From Verrucomicrobiota bacterium (lineage in GTDB: Bacteria; Verrucomicrobiota; Verrucomicrobiia; Opitutales; Seribacteraceae): 64,000 nucleotides of DNA. The notes under the pieces are model-generated. The model had not been told where the DNA came from. It did no database searches and saw nothing but the letters and a program-made list of their open reading frames with translations. The stretch is from positions 26,932-90,931 of the forward strand of contig JAQBYT010000014.1 in NCBI GenBank assembly GCA_027622665.1, given 5' to 3'. Positions 59,357-64,000 of the stretch are shown here, piece by piece; position 1 is the stretch's first letter, and the number at the start of each line of letters is the position of its first letter. The position numbers were made by a program, and so were the translations under genes.

Positions 59357-60886
59357 TTATTGGATAGATGGAAATTTAGAATTTTGAAAGAGCCTCCATC
59401 CTGAAAGTTCAGGCGGTGCTTTAACTTCCTCAAGTTTGCCTAAATAATACTGTAAAGCGGTACTTCCATAGCCGACATGACATGTTGCTAGGTATTTGGA
59501 ACCTTCCGGAAAATGATTTTTGCTAAAATCAATTTCGTCAGGAAGATTCATAACTACCCAAGTTGGTACCTCTATGCATGTTAAGTTAGATTTATCAAAA
59601 AGAGCATGACTAACTGGGTACCACCCGAAATATACATCCGTGTTACCCTTTGATAAATAGTTGAATGCCTGTAGCTGGGGCGAAAAATTGGGGTCCTGAT
59701 CAAAGGATTTTGCCGTCCTTGCTAGAGGAAGTAAGAGGACCAAGCAAACAAAAGCAAAGAACAATTGAACATAGCTCGAGCTCAAATAATTGCTTAGCAG
59801 TAGAAAAGCTAGAGTAAGTAAGCAAAAGATTCCAATTGAGTTACAAAATAACAACGAATTCTCAACTCCTCCGAAGTGGGCCAACGCAGCAATACATGGA
59901 GGGATTAATAAAAAGTAGGCTAATCCCATGCTGCGTAAAAGTCTTCCAACATTAATGTCGATAACATTTGTGAAAGAGATCGTGAGACAAGCGAGAGCGG
60001 CGAAGATGAAGTAAAAATATTCAGACACATACATTAAACAAAATTTGAATAAAAATGGAATAGTCTCTAAAAAAGTAAGCTTAATATTGTCAGCACCTTC
60101 GCCATTAAAAAGGTTATTTCTGTCATTCCATGTGTGGTTTTGTGTATGGTCCCAAAGAATAAATGTCATATCTTCAAAACCGTACGCTATTCCTGAGATC
60201 AAGGTTGTAAGTGAAATACAAAATAGTGCATAAAAAAAATAATGTAACCCTAGCCTGAATTGCTTTTCCATTGATAAAACGATAAATGGGAACCCAATTG
60301 CAAACAGGGTCGGCAACTTCGCCCAAGCAGATAAAACAAGCATAAGAGCACATAAGGAAAGATAGATTCCTGAGTCTTTCTCTCTTGATTCAAGAAAAAA
60401 TAAAATACCAAGCATGAGAAAGAAAAGTGCGGGCAAATCAGCATGGATTCTACTTATGCCTTCTGTTGTTGGGTCCAAAAGGTGCAAGGTAAAGACTAGA
60501 CAAGTTAGGCACCCCCCAAAAAGAACTTTTTGAAAAGAACCATTTGGTAGGCATATTTTCTGGATCAGAAAATAGCTGACTCCCAAAAATGAAACAATGT
60601 TTAGAGCAAATGCAATCCAAGCGGATATATTGGGATTATTTGCTAACCCAGATAAAGAATAAAACAAACCCGTTGCCCATCCATATAGGGTAACATGTGG
60701 ACCGGTTTTTGGTTCGTAAAAGTCAAAAGCGTTAAAAAATGCGATTCCAGGATAAAGACCTCTACCAAGCCACTCGTCAAAGAGGATAAAACTTGCATAT
60801 TTAAAAATCGTGTATCCCTGCAATAAAAAGATCATCGCAAAGAACAAATAAATGATTGCCTGTTTGTTATTAAGAAACTTTTTCAT
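59357..60886 (-). CDS. Polytopic membrane protein, GT-C/ArnT-like
   Basis: About 12-13 TM segments, FDEW early acidic motif, RIHAD, WAK; AT-rich. Confidence 0.62.
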   Translation of the reverse strand: MKKFLNNKQAIIYLFFAMIFLLQGYTIFKYASFILFDEWLGRGLYPGIAFFNAFDFYEPKTGPHVTLYGWATGLFYSLSGLANNPNISAWIAFALNIVSFLGVSYFLIQKICLPNGSFQKVLFGGCLTCLVFTLHLLDPTTEGISRIHADLPALFFLMLGILFFLESREKDSGIYLSLCALMLVLSAWAKLPTLFAIGFPFIVLSMEKQFRLGLHYFFYALFCISLTTLISGIAYGFEDMTFILWDHTQNHTWNDRNNLFNGEGADNIKLTFLETIPFLFKFCLMYVSEYFYFIFAALACLTISFTNVIDINVGRLLRSMGLAYFLLIPPCIAALAHFGGVENSLLFCNSIGIFCLLTLAFLLLSNYLSSSYVQLFFAFVCLVLLLPLARTAKSFDQDPNFSPQLQAFNYLSKGNTDVYFGWYPVSHALFDKSNLTCIEVPTWVVMNLPDEIDFSKNHFPEGSKYLATCHVGYGSTALQYYLGKLEEVKAPPELSGWRLFQNSKFPSIQ

Positions 60887-62043
60887 AGGAATTTAAATGA
60901 GTTAAATTCAATTTTGATTGAATCAATTACCCTGGTTTGATCGTCTTCACTCAAATCGGCATAAAAAGGCAACCTTACTATTCGCTTACTCACATCCTCT
61001 GTAACTGGGCACTGAAATTTCTGCCAACCCTTTTCCGCCATTTGTAAAGCGAAGTTACTAGAATTGAGGGGCAGATAATGAAATACAGCCATTACACCTT
61101 TGTCTTTTAGTCGGGCTATAAACTTAGATCGACATTCTCCCGAAGGCATTAACAAGTAATACATATGGTATGGTTGGTCGCAATGTTCTGGCACAGCTGG
61201 TTGCCTCACACCATTTTGGTCAGCCCAGTCAGATAGTTCTTCATGGTACCTTTTCCAAATATTTATCCTCTTTTTTTGTATCTCTTGCCACTTCTCCAAC
61301 TGTCCATAAAGAAATGCGGCAAGTATATCACTCATCACATAACTGGACCCTACGTCGACCCATGAATATTTATCTACCTGACCACGAAAAAACCGAGCAC
61401 GGTTCGTTCCTTTCTCTCGAATAATTTCCGCTCGTTCAATAAACTTTTCATTATTTATTAAAAGTGTCCCGCCTTCCCCACATGTTATATTTTTAGTTTC
61501 GTGAAAACTCTGAGTTGCTAGACATCCGAAAGTCCCAAGCCAACGACCTCGGTATTTCCCGAAGAGACCATGTGCATTATCTTCAACCACAGCGATTCCA
61601 TGGTGATTTGCAATTTCAAGAATCTTATCCATTTCGCAACTCACACCAGCATAATGTACAACTACAATTGCACGAGTTTGCTTTGTAATAAGACTCTCTA
61701 ACTTAGATTCATCTAAGTTAAGGGTATCCGCTCTAATATCGCAAAAAACAGGGTGTGCTCCATGCAGCACAAACGCGTTCGCTGTTGAAACAAAGGTAAA
61801 CGCAGGAATAATAACTTCATCATTTGGCTGAATATTTAATAAGATAGCAGCCATTTCCAAGGCATGGGTGCATGAAGATGTAATTAAGGCTTTTTGAACT
61901 CCTAGTGTATCTTCTAAAAGACTTTGGCATTTCTTGGAAAATGTTTGGTCGCCTGCTACCTGACCGTTGAAAATTGATTGGCGTATATAATCTAATTCTT
62001 TGCCTTGTTGGGAGGATTTATTGAAAGGTATGGGAGCTGACAT
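60883..62043 (-). CDS. wecE: dTDP-4-amino-4,6-dideoxygalactose transaminase (WecE/RffA)
   Basis: IPFNK, SCTHALEMAA, VVHYAGV, SFHETKNITCGEGG, REKGTNR.RFFRGQVDKYSW, AVFHYLPL. Confidence 0.93.
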   Translation of the reverse strand: MSAPIPFNKSSQQGKELDYIRQSIFNGQVAGDQTFSKKCQSLLEDTLGVQKALITSSCTHALEMAAILLNIQPNDEVIIPAFTFVSTANAFVLHGAHPVFCDIRADTLNLDESKLESLITKQTRAIVVVHYAGVSCEMDKILEIANHHGIAVVEDNAHGLFGKYRGRWLGTFGCLATQSFHETKNITCGEGGTLLINNEKFIERAEIIREKGTNRARFFRGQVDKYSWVDVGSSYVMSDILAAFLYGQLEKWQEIQKKRINIWKRYHEELSDWADQNGVRQPAVPEHCDQPYHMYYLLMPSGECRSKFIARLKDKGVMAVFHYLPLNSSNFALQMAEKGWQKFQCPVTEDVSKRIVRLPFYADLSEDDQTRVIDSIKIEFNSFKFL

Positions 62044-62074
62044 TATTGGAGAATGATTTTGTCAGGAAATACAG

Positions 62075-62815
62075 TTAAGCAAACCACTTATGAAACCATA
62101 TTTTGGTATCAGATATACGAAACCCTGCTTTTTCATAAAGCCTGAGAGCACTGGTATTTGTGGCTTGTGTAACTACGATTAGTTTTTTTGTTTTCAGTTT
62201 TTTTGAAATCGCAATGGTTATGTTCAGTAGTTCCGCACCAACTCCTTGACCACGAAATTGATCTTCCACTGCAATTAAACCTATTCTAGCGACATCAGAT
62301 GACTCCATAGTGAAAGTAATATAACCTTTAATGTGTTCTCTATCATCAGGAAAGAAACCCAAAACATTCCCTTTTTCGAAATCCCGATCGATCCATTCTT
62401 CGTAAAGTTTTTCGCATTTTATTCGATCGAAATTTAAATCTTTAAAAAACCTCGAATCTGTGTGGGATTTGCGAGCAAGTACTAGAATATCGTTTAATTG
62501 CTCTTTTTTAGTTACCGGTTTGATTTCTAAACTTGGTATCTCAGTCTGTGGCACATTACTTAAATCGTATTCCATTTCGACTCGCACATCTATAAATTGA
62601 AATCCAGAATTATATGCACATCGGAGCGTGTGGGAGTCTGTGCCGTCTGCTAAAAAATAAAGACAACGAATTTTTTCTTTCCTACACCACTCAAAAACAA
62701 TTTTTGAAGTTTCGGCCTGTAAATGACTACCGTCTAATGACGCTACAGGTAACCCGAAAAAGTCTGAATCCCATTGGAGATAACGAATGAGTGGATGCTT
62801 ACTTAGATTTTCCAC
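62075..62815 (-). CDS. wecD: dTDP-fucosamine acetyltransferase (WecD/RffC-like GNAT; start GTG 62815)
   Basis: LQWDSDFFG, SRFFKD, LYEEW, IGLIAV, RGQGVG, TQATN.ALRLYEKAGF, WFHKW. Confidence 0.88.
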   Translation of the reverse strand: MENLSKHPLIRYLQWDSDFFGLPVASLDGSHLQAETSKIVFEWCRKEKIRCLYFLADGTDSHTLRCAYNSGFQFIDVRVEMEYDLSNVPQTEIPSLEIKPVTKKEQLNDILVLARKSHTDSRFFKDLNFDRIKCEKLYEEWIDRDFEKGNVLGFFPDDREHIKGYITFTMESSDVARIGLIAVEDQFRGQGVGAELLNITIAISKKLKTKKLIVVTQATNTSALRLYEKAGFRISDTKIWFHKWFA

Positions 62816-63764
62816 TAGAACAGTTACCAATCTCTTGCATAACAACAAAAGAAGGTCTTCGTTTTATACCCTCAAAGCACTTCCCCACATATAGACCAAC
62901 CACGCCTATTATAAAAATAACAAGGCCGGATAATAGCCAAGTAGATACGATCAAACTAGCATAACCAAGTACCAAAATCTCTCCTCGCAAAGCTTGCATA
63001 ATCGTAATTGCGGCAAAAATAAACCCAAGGAATGAGATAATGAAACCAGTTCCAACCACCAATCTTAAGGGCTTGTCCGAATAAGCGAGGCAAATATCCA
63101 AAGCCAAATTAAGGAGTCTTTTAAAATTATAACTTGTTTTGCCCTTTTTTCTTTTGGCATGCTCTACAGATATACTTGTTGTTTGAAAACCAACCCATCT
63201 TACCATCGTTGGAAAGTAGCGAATGCTTTCAGGCATGGAGTTAATTGCATCAATTACCTTACGAGAATAAATACCGAAATTAGCAATCGTTGGATCATGC
63301 TTCATGCCCGTGAGCCAGCTTAATACAAAGTAGAAAATACTGGATGAAAGCTTTTTGAAGAAACCGTCTTGTCTCAAAACCCTTCTTGCTAGTACAACAT
63401 CATACCCTTCTCTAGCTTTTGACAGCAGGTTTGGTATCTCACTAGGTTGGTCTTGTAAGTCGCAGTCCATAACAACAACCCATTCTCCCTTGGCCAAAGT
63501 TAATCCAGCTGATATCGCATGGTGCTGACCGAAATTGCGACTCAATCGAATGCCTTTAATTTCTGGATATTGTAAACACAATTTCTCGATTTCTTCCCAG
63601 CTTTTATCTTTACTCCCATCCTCGATCAGCAAAATTTCAAAATCTTTATTTAAAGGTTTAATTACTTTGGTTAATTGATCAACAAGATCAGCTAAAATAG
63701 CTTTAGCGTTATAAACCGGGCTAACCACCGAAATAAAATATTCACTATTTTGAAAATTTGGCAT
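62799..63764 (-). CDS. GtrB/ArnC-like polyprenyl-phosphate glycosyltransferase (GT2 with two C-terminal TM helices)
   Basis: SPVYN, DGSKD, LSRNFGQH, MDCDLQD, two hydrophobic C-terminal segments, RP. Confidence 0.93.
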   Translation of the reverse strand: MPNFQNSEYFISVVSPVYNAKAILADLVDQLTKVIKPLNKDFEILLIEDGSKDKSWEEIEKLCLQYPEIKGIRLSRNFGQHHAISAGLTLAKGEWVVVMDCDLQDQPSEIPNLLSKAREGYDVVLARRVLRQDGFFKKLSSSIFYFVLSWLTGMKHDPTIANFGIYSRKVIDAINSMPESIRYFPTMVRWVGFQTTSISVEHAKRKKGKTSYNFKRLLNLALDICLAYSDKPLRLVVGTGFIISFLGFIFAAITIMQALRGEILVLGYASLIVSTWLLSGLVIFIIGVVGLYVGKCFEGIKRRPSFVVMQEIGNCSSGKSK

Positions 63765-63768
63765 CAAT

Positions 63769-63999
63769 CTATTTACAACTTTTCAGTTCCTTTCGAGCAG
63801 CAAGCATGCAACTTCCTCCGAAAGGTAATGTCAATTTATTGGCGATCTTATCTAATTCATAATTCAATAAACATGAAAGCAAATTGAATGAAAAACCTTT
63901 CTTTAAAACATGATCTTTATGAAATTGTGCTGATTTAATCTTGCTATTGAGGCGGCACCCACACCGATACGGCAGAGCACGAAAAAGCCCGACAGCAAA
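63769..63999 (-). CDS. 3' end of a probable class I methyltransferase (not in ORF track, runs off the window)
   Basis: Open frame FAVGLFRALPYR...LPFGGSCMLAARK, a C-terminal signature shared by glycan-cluster methyltransferases (compare PPIGKNLVLVARK in 54705). Confidence 0.65.
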   Translation of the reverse strand, partial: FAVGLFRALPYRCGCRLNSKIKSAQFHKDHVLKKGFSFNLLSCLLNYELDKIANKLTLPFGGSCMLAARKELKSCK

Positions 64000-64000
64000 A

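Larger units (their letters stand above)
17862..64000 (-). other. Large surface-polysaccharide/glycoconjugate biosynthesis island (continues past the right edge)
   Basis: More than 40 co-oriented, largely overlapping genes for glycosyltransferases, nucleotide-sugar enzymes, methyl/acyltransferases and polytopic membrane proteins; visibly alternating AT-rich and GC-rich blocks. Confidence 0.93.

Noticed and set aside
1..64000. CRISPR array, integron attC sites, IS elements, prophage or defence genes, rRNA/tRNA
   Set aside because: No regularly spaced repeats, shared intergenic palindromes, recombinase/transposase motifs or structural RNA signatures seen by eye; a formal repeat or covariance search was not possible.

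Overview
Bacterial window, most likely from a marine Verrucomicrobiota (Opitutales-like) genome. The taxonomy is inferred from protein character and gene order only. About 1-17.9 kb is housekeeping: a partial MenE-like ligase, clpP, rpiB, a Fur/Irr-family-led sufCBD-sufT operon with an ICE-like operator, glyQS, recJ, secDF, yajC, MscS, DUF445, msrB, a DEAD-box helicase and gluQ. From 17.86 kb to the right edge (>46 kb, all minus strand, mostly translationally coupled) lies a very large surface-glycan island. It holds GT2/GT4/GT9/GT11-like glycosyltransferases, three DegT aminotransferases, two acyltransferase-3 proteins, about 13 SAM methyltransferases, a Wzy/WaaL-like membrane protein, three polyprenyl-phosphate GT2s, four GT-C-like membrane proteins and a fatty-acid-desaturase-family gene. 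The short intergenic gaps of the island are not empty. They carry unannotated gene-end remnants that are diverged paralogues of the neighbouring genes (31175-31563, 55402-55503), other truncated genes (35618-36016, 39799-40109) and tiny ORFs that start in the upstream stop codon and end at the downstream start. I read this as integrase-free gene-cassette exchange (homology-facilitated illegitimate recombination) that preserves translational coupling. Four genes are broken by single-base deletions in short homopolymers, probably sequencing error. I saw no rRNA, tRNA, CRISPR array, transposase or integrase.
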